Assembly: GCA_964187785.1 (NCBI GenBank)
Contig: OZ076409.1
Span: 68,822,001 to 68,886,000, forward strand
Reading direction: 5' to 3'
Source: Amphiscolops sp. MND2022
Taxonomy: Eukaryota
Length of the DNA: 64,000 nucleotides
The translations under genes and the position numbers were made by a program. The notes below the pieces were generated by a model. It was not told the DNA's origin and made no database searches. It saw only the letters and a program-made list of their open reading frames with translations. This document shows, piece after piece, positions 9,198 through 22,144 of the stretch. The number at the start of each line of letters is the position of its first letter. Positions within the stretch are counted from its first letter, which is position 1.

Positions 9198-12100
9198 AAT
9201 CTAAAATGAAGCCCCTCTTTGCGGGCAGGTATGAAACAGAACAATTTAAGAACAGTTACAATATAGTGGAAGCATACATATTAGGCAGGATCACCTACGG
9301 CAGTTTCAGTTCATTAAATAATGTTTGTACCGGAGATGAAATTTCTAATAATGGCGCAGTCATCAGAGAGGAAAAGATCGAGAGATTTGAGATGAAAGGG
9401 TCTGAAATTACAATAATTTGGACAATAGAAGAAATAGTGGTAGCTGTTCTGCTCTGACGTTCCACAAATACACATGGGCGATGGTGTGCGGCTCAGTTTC
9501 CATAAGTTTTCAGCTAATCTTAGTGAGCTTCCGATGAGAAAGCTCTCTCCGGTGAGCTTTCGAAATGCAGAAGACTCCTTGAAAATAGGAGCAAATTGCT
9601 TGGAGAAAAGAGAAGTTTGTGAAATTGAATCCGAAGCAACTTCCGGTTTGAGATTCACAGTGGCTGGGGTTGTGGTCGATATAAAAAGGCGAAACGATTT
9701 GGAGAATTCATCAGAACATTTATTGTCAAGTACTGAGTTTAGTTTTGGAATTCGTGTCTCCTGCTAAAAGTTTTTTTACATTCTATGATAATTTGAATCC
9801 GCCCGTACATTTCAAGTTGCCCATTCCAACTTTCAAACGCCGTCCTGTGGTGTCTTCGAATGAGATTACCCACCTTTATAACTGATTTTTCATGGTCATC
9901 CAGATGAAATGTAATTGTTGATTCGTGGGTCCTAGCTTTTTTTCTGTTCGTATTTTTTTGACGAGAACTCAGTCTTTAACGTCTAGGACAATCTGTCATG
10001 CTCCTTTGGAGTTCCCCGTTGAATCATTTCACCTCTGCGTTTTTCGAGAAATCCCGATTAAAGCACCAGCAAAATGTTGAAAAAGCATCATTTGCTAAAA
10101 GTAATGAGTTTGCTATCCGCTTCGTCGTTGTAGCGGACATAGGAGGATTTTCTACAATCAGCAAACTTTTAGCTGCAGCAAAGTTGGAGTACCATTTACT
10201 ACTACTGGTGTACGTGATGATGAAAAATCATTTTCGATCCAACTGGTAGTTTTAAATTTCCGTTGAATAAAAACAAACAGGCCTCTCAATAGTTCTGCGG
10301 CTTGAAGGCTTAACAAACTAACTAATCACTTTTCAACTAATCACTTGCAGGTGGAGTTGTCGCAGGCTCAATTGTTTTTAAAGAATCAAAATAGGTAGAA
10401 CCATTGACTTGTATAATTTCAGTTTATAAGGGGGAAAGAGTATGGACGAATTTATCTTCAACATGAACACCCCGAGAACTTTATTTGCTGCAGCTTTAAT
10501 ATGATGATTCCATTTCATATCATCAGATATCAGGATTCCAAAACCCTTCTGTATCGTAAATTCGCGAATTACATCTGCAGAGAAGTAGAATTCCACATCC
10601 TTAGCGTGGAAGGCAAGATGAGAACATTTGTCGACATTGTGTTAGTTGATGCTTATCACTCCATCTTTTACGACGAGACAATTCCAGCTGAAAATGGAAC
10701 TTTTGTTTCTTATTTACAATAAGTTTAGCGTCATCTGAGCAAAGCAAGGGTAACGAAGAAAAAGTAAATTCGATGAAATCGAGACTTCGGGAACTCCACT
10801 CTTTACTTTTTTAAATCCAGAAAAGTTACTTGTCACGCGAACTTTCTGTTGGCGATTCGTAAGATAGGATTTATTTAAGTTAAGTCTTTCCCAATCAATG
10901 CCAAATTTAGAAAGCTTGAATAAACGTAAACCGTGATACACGTTGTCAAAGTCATTCTCATAGTCTTAGTCAGTATATATTACGTCTACACAAGGCTCCG
11001 ACTCGAGTACATTGTATATCGTTTCATCATATATCTATAATTGAGGCATATAGGATCTACCTTTGTGGAAACCATATTGTGCAGCATGAAACAGCTGCTC
11101 AAAGAGAGGATACAAATATGAGAAACAACAACGTTCAAAAGTTTTCAAGATCATGCAAAGAATTGACACGGGTTGGTAGTTGAGCTGTCTGATTTTGATC
11201 CTTTCTTGTGGACAGGACTAACAATCGAGTTCCTCCAAACAGAGGGGAAAGCAGCAAACTGCCTGTTTTTGGAAAAAGTTTGGCTGCTGGATTTGCTAAG
11301 CATTTTTTGATTGTTCCGGAAATTTGGTCTGGACAAGTTGCTTTTCTGTAATCGATGCTTTTGCGAACGAGCGCATCCTATCTTCGGATGTATCAAAGTC
11401 GTCGGAACGAGATTCAAAAGTTTCAACGGGTCGAAAAGCAGAAAACTCCTTGAAAATAGAAGCATAGTGCTTGGAGAAAAGAGAAGTTTGTGAAATTGAA
11501 TTCGAAGCAACTTCCGGTTTGAGATTAACAGTGGCTGGGATTGTGGTCGATATAAAAGTGCGAAACGATTTGAAGAATTCATCAGAACATTTATTGTCAA
11601 GTACTGAGTTTAGTTTTGAAATTCGTGTCTCCTGCTAAAAGTTTTTTTACATTCTATAGTAAATTGAATCTGCCCGTACATTTCAAGTTGCACATTCCAA
11701 CTTTCAAACGCCGTCCTGTGGTGTCTTCGAATGAGATTACCCACCTTTATAACTGATTTTTCATGGTCATTCAGATGAAATGTAATTGTCGCTTCGTGGG
11801 TCCTAGCCTTTTTTTCTGTTCGTACTTTTTTGACGAGAACTCAGTCTTTAACGTCTAGGACAATCTGTCATGCTCCTTTGGAGTTCCCTGTTGAATCATT
11901 TCACCTCTGTTTTCCGAGAAATCCCGATTAAAGCACCAACAAATTGTTGAAAAAGCATCATTTGCTAAAAGTAATGAATTTGCTATTCGTCGTTGTAGCG
12001 GACATAGGAGGATTTTCTACAATCAGCAAACTTTTAGCTGCTGCAAATTTCGAGTACCATTTACTACTACTGGTGTACGTGATGATGAAAAATCATTTTT

Positions 12101-13667
12101 GATCCAACTGGTAGTTTTAAGTTTTCGTTGAATAAATACAAACAGGCCTCTCAATAGTTCTGCGGCTTGAAGGCTTAACAAACAAACTAATCACTTTTTA
12201 ACTAATCACTTGCGGGTGAAGTTGTCGCAGGCTCAATTGTTTTTAAAGAATCATAATAGGTAGAACCCTTGACTTGTATAATTTCAGTTTATAAGGGGGA
12301 AAGAGTATGGAAGAATTTATCTTCAACATGAACACCCCGAGAATTTTATTTGTTGCAGCTTTAATATGATGATTCTATTTCATATCATCAGATATAAGGA
12401 TTCCAAAACCCTTCTGTATCGTAAATTTGCGAATTACAACTGCAGAGAAGTAGAATTCTACATCGTTAGCGTGGAAGGCAAGATGGGAACATTTGTCGAC
12501 ATTGTGTTAGTTGATGCTTATCACTCCATCTTTTACGACGAGACAATTCTAGCTGAAAATGGAGCTTTTGTTTCTTATTTGCAATAAGTTTAGCGTCATC
12601 TGAGCAAAGCAGGGGTAACGAAGAAAAAGTAAATTCGATGAAATCGAGACTTCGGGAACTCCACTCGGTACTTTTTTAAATCCAGAAGAGTTACTTGTCA
12701 CGCGAACTTTCTGTTGGCGATTCGTAAGATAGGATTTATTTTAGTTAAGTCTTTTCCGATCAATGCCAAATTTAGAGAGCTTGAATAAACGTAAACCGTG
12801 ATACACGTTGTCAAAGTCATTCTCATAGTCTTAGTCAATATATATTACGTCTACACAAGGCTCCGACTCGAGTGCATTGTATATCGTTTCATCATATATC
12901 TATAATTGAGGCATATAGGATCTACCTTTGCGGAAACCGTATTGTGCAGCATGAAACAGCTGCTCAAAGAGAGGATACAAATATGAGAAACAACAACGTT
13001 CAAAGGTTTTCAAGATCATGCAAAGAAGTGACACGGGTTGGTAGTTGAGCTGTCTGATTTTGATCCTTTCTTGTGGACAGGACTAACAATCGAGTTCCTC
13101 CAAACAGAGGGGAAAGCAGCAAACTGCCTAATTTTATAAAATATTTGGCTGATGGATTTGCTAAGCATTTTTTGATTGTTCTGGAAATTTGGTCTGGACA
13201 AGTTGCTTTTCTGTAATCGATGCTTTTGCGAACGAGCGCATCCTACCTTCGGATGTATCAAAGTCGTCGGAACGAGATTCAAAAGTTTCAACGGGTCGAA
13301 AAGCAGAAAACCCCTTGAAAATAGAAGCATAGTGCTTGGAGAAAAGAGAAGTTTGTGAAATTGAATTCGAAGCAACTTCCGGTTTGAGATTAACAGTGGC
13401 TGGGATTGTGGTCGATATAAAAGTGCGAAACGATTTGAAGAATTCATCAGTAAATTTAATGTCAAGTAGTTTAGTTTTAAAACCCGTGTCTTCTGCAAAA
13501 TTTTTTTTCATTCTATAAAAGTTTCAATCTGCCTATACATTTCAATTTGCCCGTTGCAACATTCAAACGCCGTCCTGTAGAGTGTCTTCGAATGAATTAC
13601 CCATTTTTGTGAATGATTTTTCATGGTCATTCAAGAGAAATGTGAAATGTAATTGTCTTTAACGACT
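9198..13667 (-). mobile_element. Degenerate CR1/L2-group LINE fragments in a ~1.87-kb tandem array
   Basis: RT remnants (WRNSIVSPVHKKGSKSD, SYLTNRQQKVRV, SGVP, GILISDDMKWNHHI) and a C-terminal CICG...H..FYC knuckle. Blocks recur at ~9600, ~11470 and ~13337. The same family occurs at 6705-7730 and 7963-8470. Confidence 0.8.
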
Positions 13668-16600
13668 AGGACAATCTGCCTAATTGTTGTGTTAGACTTA
13701 TTAAATAGAGATGGTAATGTTTTGAACTTGAGACTGGATAACATCTCTGACGCTGTTTTGTTGGTTTGTCGCTGCACTTGGGCTGAAAGAACCATCACAA
13801 CCCGGTGAGATAATCCATTTGTATTTCATTTTATCAATTCAAGGTTTTTTCATACAAGGATTGCTTCACTGCTGTTGCGATTGATTTTTTTGGGGAGATT
13901 GGCACACACAAATGTGTATTCCTGCAATTGGTTAGGTTTCGACGTTGAGTTGTGATGAAAAACAACGAAACCTGCAACGCTCTGAAGTGTCTGAAGCCCT
14001 CAGGGTTGAAAGACTGGGTAAACTGTAGCCTTTGCAACGGATGGGCTTATATAAAACGAGCCATATTATCAAAAACGGTGTCCCGGAACCTTGCCGAATT
14101 AAACTGTTGTAGATGCTCTTCAGTGAACACAATCCCTCAGTGTCATGATGATAATTTTAGACTAGACACCATTTTTAAATCAGGCGTTGCTCACTTGAAA
14201 AGTGTTCTTAAAAGTTCACGGATCCCTCTAGCTGAAAACTTGATATCTAAAATTAATGATATTTGTGAAACACCAACAAATAGTGCCGTGTGGTGCATAT
14301 TGCTCTCCTCTCTAAGCTGCTTTTTGGAAAAACCACCTGAAAGGTTGTAAACGTCAGATGTCATCACTCGGTGCAATAATCAACAAGCGTATTCAGAATG
14401 GTGTCATTGAGAAAAGACCGAAACGCGACAGAAAACCTCAGCAGAAAAGCGAGTTAGATCGACGACTGCGTTCCATTTGCAATAAATTAGACGAAGGTGA
14501 TGTTAAGGCCACAATCAGAATGGCGGTAGGCGACGAAGAGACTGCAGATTTCAAGGTCGACAACTACGCGGCCCTCAAGTTGAAACATCCGCAAAGGGAA
14601 ACTTGCACTGTTCCGGACCCCACAGATAACGATTGTTTCTCAACCTCCAAATTTATTGTCCACAAAGCTCTCATGTCCTTCCCCAACGGCTCTAGTGTAA
14701 GGTTGGATGGCATCTCGCCCCAAAACTTGAATGTATGGACTGCCAAGTCGAACGGGCAAACTGGACTGAATCTTCTCAGAGCCTTAACAAATCTTGTGAA
14801 TGTGATTCTCGAAGGAAAAGTACCTTTCGAATATCGGCCGTATTTCTTTGGTGCGAAACTAATTGCACTGAAAAAGCCTGATGGAGGACTTCGTCCTATC
14901 GCTGTAGGCAATACCTTCCGCCGGTTATCCGCAAAATGCGCCGGATGCCATGTCTTTGAATCACGTCAGGCAAGATACGGAAGCCGACAAGTAGGTGTAG
15001 GCACCAAAAGGGGCGCTGAATTGGCCTCACATGTTTTCCGTTGTTTGATAGAAAGCGCCCAGCCCAAAGAAAACGTAATTTTGAAAATTGACTTTGAAAA
15101 CGATTTCAATTCGATTAACCGACAATTCATGCTAGAGAAAACTGTTGGAAAACTTTTGGTACTAACACTCGGCGTACAGTCAACCAAGTTTTCTTTTTTA
15201 CGGTGATTCAGTAATCAAATCTTGTGAAGGGACTAGCAAGTAGATCATCAGTCTCCAGCTTTGTTTCGGCTTCCATTCAGGCTCTAATTGACAGTTTGGA
15301 GTCGAAAATAAATTTATGGTACCTTGACAATGGAAATTTAAGTGATGATTACAGAACCGTTTTGAAAGATCCCAAAAAAATAGTTGATGCGGAAAAAACG
15401 CTGGGTTTCAAAATTAAACTCATGAAATGTGAAATTTTTTCCTTGAGGATATCACTGGAAAACGCCGAATAAAAATTTTTGGCATCTTTCCCAAAACTTT
15501 GCCCGGGATCAAAACATCAAAGAAAGATGAACCTATCATTCTTGGTTCAACGCTCGGCCCGAATTCACAAGCAGACTTCTTGGAAAAGAAAATCAATGAA
15601 CAACAAAAAGTTAATGGAATTGTTGAAAAGCTAGATGCGCACTGTGGTTTTTTTATACAGAAAATTGCTTCAGTCTGCCAAAGTTGTTGTACGTCCTGAG
15701 AACCAGTACATGTTTTAATCACCCAGCTTTCTTGGAAAAGTATGACAAAACGGTACGCGACGGGCTTCCCAGGGTGTGTAACGTGAACTTCGATGATATT
15801 TCGAGTACTCGGCTGGCTCTGTCCGCTGAAATGGGCGGTCTTGGGGTGTCATTGGCATCATTATTAGAACTTCCCGCCTTTTTGGCCTCAGCTTTTGGTG
15901 CCAGTGACTTTCTCACGACGATTTTTTTGGAAACATTCGAAGATGTTTCATTTACAAAAGCGCTTGCGAAATGGTTGAGTTTGACGAATGAACAGGAAAG
16001 TCCTCTCGATGGAACCCAGAAAAATTGGACAAAACCTGTCTACGTCAAAACCGCCCCATTTGATTTCAAAAAGGGATGACAAACGTTCGAAAGTTTTTAA
16101 CGCTCATCAAGGCAAGTTCGGGTCTCAATGGCTCAACGTCGTTCCTTGTAAGAACCTAGGCCTGAAGCTTGTAAGATCAGCAACTTCGGATTGCAATTGG
16201 TTTACGTCTCGGAGCCAACATTTGCGTTGCGCATACGTGCTACTGTGGTAAAAGAGTGTAACGGGACGGCTTACACGGTCTTTCTTGCACCAAGAGTGCT
16301 CGTCGTTTTTCAAGTCATGCTACTGTCAATTATCGCATTAAGCAGACATTAGGCTCTCTCGATTCGCCTGCAATGCTCAAACTGCGTGGACTCTACCGAA
16401 CTGATGGCAAACATCCAGATGGTGTTACCATGATTCCTTGGGAAATGGTTAAACAGCTGGTGTGGGATGTCACGGTTGTGGATGCTCTTGCACCCAGTCG
16501 CCTGAATCAAGGCTCTTTATGCAACCCAGGAACTACCGCCACCGAGGCTGAAGTGCGTGAAATTGAGAAGTATCGCGAATTAATGGACAATGGATTCGTT

Positions 16601-16974
16601 TTTCAACCAGTGGCCTTGGAAGTACAGGGTTCTTTAGGCGAGAGCGTGAAATTTTTATCACGCGTCTCTGTAAAATGCTCCCTCGTTCGCACGACGATCA
16701 ACGAGCTGGCCGCTTTTTGAAGCAGCGGATTTCAATGGCTCTCCAGATTGGCAATGCGGCCTGTGTTCTAGGAACTGTGAGCGACAGAGTTGCGTCCGAA
16801 GAAATTTAATAATTTATTTTATTTTTTAAAAAAAACCTCTATATCACCGCAGCTTTAAAAATTTCTACCAGTCGACTGGGATAGTAGTTTGTTGGCTGGT
16901 CTACTGGAATAGTGGCTAGTACGGTTTTCCCTACGTTCGTTGCAGTGCAGACCACGGGTGTGTGTTTTCTCCCC

Positions 16975-17790
16975 CAGGCTATTCAATCTCAAAATCAATC
17001 CCAAACCCAATCTCACTCTCAAACTCAATCTTTTCCAATTCAAACCCAATCTCAATCCCTTCCCTACAAAATTTATAGGTTCAATCCCAATATCAATCCT
17101 GCTTTTGACTTTGACTTTCTTCTGCAATAGCCAGTAAAAATTTGTAATATGAGCGCGCATTACATTTCATTGATCATGTCTAGTCTTCTCATTTAATTTT
17201 CAGATGGCAGATGTACATGTAGTGGAAGACAACGACGAGAATGGAGCAAAAGCAGGTCCAAGTACGTCACGGATACTGGTTGAGTTCCGCTTGTGCGATA
17301 CAAAAGGCTCGGACGTGCATCAAGAAATAGGAGCCTCAAAATTTGAAGTTGAAGCGTACATGAAGAACTTACGTCCCACTTCAGTTGATACGGAACGATT
17401 ACTTTCAATTTCTCGGATCTCTAAGAACTCCTTCAAGGTCGCTTGACACCGGGAAATCATCACCGAAGTGTGTACTTGCGTAAAAATGAGCACTTACTGT
17501 ATGATTAATTTGTTCGCTTATTTTCTCTTTTTTTTTATCCAAAAAATGTTACATGAACCATTGTTTTAGATTAATCAGTTAAAAGTAGTTTAAATGACTC
17601 AAAAAATTCGGGTTCAGGATTTTTGATTTTGTAGTGGAAATATTCGAAATCTACGTTAAAAATTGATTATGACCTCGAAAATCTAGTTTTTTCTCAATCC
17701 CTAAGCGCTAAGGATGACCAATTCTAATCTCAATCCCAAAATAGAAAACCAATCTTCAATGTTCAGAAATTCAAGCGCTTGAATTGCCTG
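16975..17790 (+). mobile_element. Non-autonomous hAT element (hAT-A) in the CRE 3' UTR
   Basis: 8-bp TSD TTCTCCCC (16967-16974, 17791-17798). TIRs CAGGCTATTCAA / TTGAATTGCCTG. Remnant RPTSVDTERLLSISR. Further copies at 22634-23497, 28316-29165 and (partial) ~30951-31275. Confidence 0.9.
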
Positions 17791-17792
17791 TT

Positions 17793-17860
17793 CTCCCCCC
17801 AACATGATGATACACATGGCACTTGATTGATGACGAAGATCCATGATATCTGATAGAGGG
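17793..17860 (+). ncRNA. Box C/D snoRNA-like module at the CRE 3' terminus (family A)
   Basis: CTCCCCCC-AAC-ATGATGA(C)-TACACATGGCAC-TTGA(D')-T-TGATGA(C')-CGAAGATCCATGATAT-CTGA(D)-TAGAGGG-A tail. Copies at ~6193, 23500, 29168, 31278, 32285, 50756 and 52139. Confidence 0.6.
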
Positions 17861-20800
17861 AAAAAAGGACAATCTGTCATGCTCCCTTTGAGTTCCCTGT
17901 TGAATCATTTCACCTGAGCGTTATCCGAGAAATCCCAATGCAAATACTAGCAAGATGTTGAAAAAGCATCATTTGCTAAAAGTAATGAATTTGCTATCCA
18001 CTTCGTCGTTGTAGCAGACATATTCAACGAAAGACTTTCTAGAATCAAGAAACTTTTAGCTGCAGCAATTTTTGGAGTACCATTTACTACTAGTGGTGTA
18101 CGTGATGATGAAAAATCATTTTTGATCCAACTGGAAGATTTAACTTTCCGTTGAATAAAGCAAACAGGTGAGCTTAACAAATAAACTAATCACTTGTTAA
18201 TTAATCACTTACAGGTGTTGTCTCAGGCTCAATTGCATGCGATACGAAGTGGTCCCGGAAAAGTCAACACTGTACTGCCACCTGCAGTACTTCCGCTTTG
18301 GACTAAGGTCTATTCAGCTACAACAAACATTTTCGCTGACAAATTAGTACTATTTGACCCTATTATAATGTAAGGTGTTTCACTGTTGTTTTATATTTCT
18401 AGTACTATTGACAGACTCAATTCACTGAGTACAGGAAGCGTAAACAACAGGAATACGTATGAATGCTGCATTTACATGTTAAAATGTGATTAACTTAAAA
18501 CACGATTTGAGGAGCGATACACAGAACATTTACATTTCACAATTTCACATGATAGGTTCATTAATTGGAGAAGTTGAATGAATTGTAGTAGGTGCTCTTT
18601 AGTGAACAAAATCCCTCAGTGTCAAAATGATAACTTAGACCAGACACCCTTTTTATTTCAGGCCTTGTTCACTAGAAAAAAGTTCCTAAAAACTCACGCA
18701 TCCCCCTAGCTGAAAACTTGATACCCAAAACTAATGATACTCGTGAAACCCTGTCAAATATTGCCTTGTGGTGCTTACTGCTCTCCTCTCTAAGCTGTTT
18801 TCTGGAAAAACCACCTCGAGGAGTTAAACGTCAGAGGTCATCCCTCAGTGCAATTATCAACAAGCGTATTCGGGATGGTGTCATTGAGAAAGAACCGAAA
18901 CGCGACAGAAGACCGCACAAAAAAGCGAGTTAGATCGACGACTGCGTTCCATTTGCACTAAATTAGACGAAGGTAAGGGTAGGGCCAGAATCAGAATGGC
19001 GGTAGGCGACGAAGAGATTGCAGATTTCACGGTCAACAACTACGCGGCCCTCAAGCTGAAACATCCGCAAGGGGAAACTTGCACTGTTCCGGACCCCACA
19101 GATTAAGATTGTTTCTCAACCTCCAAATTTGTTGTCCACAAAGCTCTCATGTCCTTCCCCAACGGCTTTAGTGCAGGGTCGGATGGCATTTCGCCCCAAA
19201 TTTTGAAAAATTTGACTGCCAAGTCGAACGGGCAAACTGGACTGAAATTTCTCAGCGCCTTAACAAATCTTGTGAATGTGATTCTCGAAGGAAAAGTACC
19301 TTTCGAAGATCGGCCGTATTTCTTTGGTGCGAAACTAATTGCACTGAAAAAGCCTGATGGAGGACTTCGTCCTATCGCTGTAGGCAATACCTTCCGCCAG
19401 TTATCCGCAAAATGCGCCAGATACCATGTCTTCGAATCACGTCAGGCAAGATACGGAAGCCGACAAGTAGGTGTAGGCACCAAAACGGGCGCTGAATTGG
19501 CCTCATATGTTTTCCGTTATTTGATAGGAAACCCCCAACCCAAAGAAAACGTAATTTTGAAAATTGACTTTGAAAACGCATTCAGTTCGATTAACCGACA
19601 CCTCATGCTAGAGAAAACTTTTGGTAAACTTTTGGTACTCACACTCGGCGTACAGTCAACCAAGCTTTTGTTTTCGGTGATTCAGTAATCAAATCTTGTG
19701 AAGGGACCCAGCATGTAGATCATCAGACTCCAGCTTGGTTTTCGGATTCCATTCAGGAGTTAATTGACAGTTTGGAGTCGAAAATGAATTTATGGTACCT
19801 TGACGATGGAAATTTAAGTGATGATTACAGAACCGTTTTGAAAGATCCCAAAAACAATAGTTGATGCGGAAAAAACGCTGGGTTTCAAAATTAAACTCAT
19901 GAAATGTGAAATTTTTTCCTTGAGGACATCACTGGAAAACGCCGATCAAAAACTTTTAGCATCTTTCCGAAACTTTGCCCGGGATCAAAACATCAAAGAA
20001 AGATGAACCTATCATTCTTGGTTCAACGCTCGGCCCGAATTCACAAGCAGACTTCTTGGAAAAGAAAATCAATGAACTACAAAAGGTTAATAGAATTGTT
20101 GAAAAGCTAGATGCGCACTGTGGTTTTATTATACAGAAAATTGCTTCAGTCTGTCAAAGTTGTTGTACGTCCTGAGAACCAGTACATGTTTTAATCACCC
20201 AGCTTTCTTGGAAATGTATGACAAAACGGTACGCGACGGGCTTCCAAGGGTGTGTAACGTGAACTTCGACAATATTTCGAGTACTCAGCTGGCTCTGCCC
20301 GCTGATATGGGTGGTCTTGGGTTGTCATCCGCATCATTTTTAGAACTTTCCGCCTTTTTGGGGTCAGCTTTTGGTGCGAGTGACTTTCTCAAGACGATTT
20401 TCTTGGAAACATTCGAAGTTGTTTCGTTTACAAAAGCGCTTGAGAAATAGTTGAGTTTGACGAATGAACAGGAAAGTCCTCTCGATTGACAAAACCTGTC
20501 TACGTCAAAACCGCCCAAGATTTGATTTCAAAAACGGATGACAAACGTTCGAAAGTTTTTACCGCTCATCAAGGCAAGTTCGGGTCTCAATGGCTCAACG
20601 TCGTTCCTTTAAGAACCTAGGCCTGAAGCTTGTAAGATCATCAACTTCGGATTGCAATTGGTTTACGTCTTGGAGCCAACATGTGCGTTGCGCATACGTG
20701 CTACTGTGGTAAAAGAGTTGAACGGGACGGTTTACACGGTCTTTCTTGCACCAAGAGTGCTGGTCGCTTCTCACGTCATGCTACTCTCAAATCTCTCACA

Positions 20801-20972
20801 AAGCAGACGTTGTGATCTCTCGACTTGCCTTCAGTGCTCGAACCGCGTGGACTTTACCGAACTGATGGCAAACGCCCAGACGGAGTTTCGATGATTCCTT
20901 GGGCAATGGGTAAACAGCGGGTGTGGGATGTCACGGTTGTGGATCCACTTGCATCCAGCCGTCTGTATCATG

Positions 20973-22144
20973 CAGGGATTGCAATTCCAAATGCAATTAA
21001 TTGCATGCAAATGCAATTAATTGCGGCTTTGAGGCATGCAATTTCAATTAGCAATCAACAAATACACTAAGGGCAAGTAGCAATTAGAGCAAAAGTTTAT
21101 GCAGTTTTTGCAATTTTTCAGGGTTCTTCCGCAAAAAATAAGATTTTTTATAATATATTTATTTTAATTTAACTTAAATTGAATTCCAAATAGAAATGTC
21201 GGGCTCTTGCCTAAATTAATTCGCGACAATGCAACAAGATGGAACAGTTTGTTGGACATGCTTGTGCGCTTTTTACATTTGCGAACTTATCTCAATGTTA
21301 TTGATGTCGAAGGTGACCTTGAAATGTATAATTGCGAGGCGCTGCAGCAGTTAATCAATGTTTTACAACCGCTTAAAGACAAAACACTCGAGTTGCAAAA
21401 GAAATCCGCTAATGCCAAAACAGCTGTTGATGCAATTAATTATCTGAGAATGGTAGGTTCCAGAGAAGCAACGATGCAGCAGCCTATAAAGATGTTCTCA
21501 GCAAATGGATAGATGGAAACAGTGTAGTGGAAGGTCTAATTCATTCCTGAGGAAACTTTCATGACTTTATTGTTTCTAACATGCCGCGCAATGAACATGC
21601 TGTTACATCTGATCATGCATACAATCCACTGAGGGTCATGGTTTTCAGTGAATTTATGAAGCGAAGCTGTCTCGACGACGAAATTGATATAATACCATTT
21701 CTTGAGAATTTTAGATCAGAGAGTGTTGACCCCGAGAAACGTTTTCCTTTTTGAAGACTGACGACAAATTATCTTCAAAAACCGACAAATTATCTTCAAA
21801 ACCGTCTTTCGAGAAACGGGTTTATCAAGAAAAACAAACACCTGTTGGAGTAACAGATAAATAATGTATATATAATTTTGGAGTAATGCAGTGCTTTCTT
21901 TCAAAGCATTTTATTTCACGCTGAGTGTAATTTATGTTTTCTTTTTTTAGTTTTGTTTTTAATACGAGATATCTCACAAGCTGCTTCTTCACCAGATTCA
22001 TTGTCAAATTCTGATATCCTGATAGATACTGAAAAACAATTGCAATTACAATGATTAACATAATAAATTGGGCACTTGCATTTAGCAATTATTTTTTGCT
22101 CTGCTTTTTCAATAATCGCATTTTGCAATTAATTGCAATCCCTG
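20973..22144 (+). mobile_element. Deleted hAT transposon (hAT-B) inserted in the CRE endonuclease region
   Basis: 14-bp TIR CAGGGATTGCAATT. Degenerate 8-bp TSD GTATCATG/GAATCAAG. Transposase remnant LIRDNATRWNSLLDMLVRFL. Confidence 0.9.

Larger units (their letters stand above)
13679..17865 (+). mobile_element. TSD-bounded, possibly full-length degenerate CRE-type (RLE) non-LTR retrotransposon
   Basis: TSD AGGACAATCTG (13668-13678, 17866-17876). PHD-like N-terminus (CNALKC...WVNCSLCNGW), RT (LRPIAVGNTFRRL, QVGVG, LKIDFEN, WYLD.G), RLE (RTDGKHPDGVTMIPW...WDVTVVD), 3' UTR and A tail. Multiple frameshifts and stops. Confidence 0.9.

Noticed and set aside
8965..9457. ORFs containing X runs
   Set aside because: Artefacts of translation through the N gap.
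13679..13950. Ribozyme at the CRE 5' end
   Set aside because: I could not draw an HDV or hammerhead fold by eye.
16912..17137. QSQNQSQTQ low-complexity ORFs (also ~22529 and ~28197)
   Set aside because: They are translations of the CAATCT/CAAACC subterminal repeats of hAT-A, not genes.
16800..17876. Idea that CRE inserts site-specifically upstream of a multicopy snoRNA gene
   Set aside because: The TSD and A tail enclose the C/D-like module within the element, and downstream flanks differ among independent copies.
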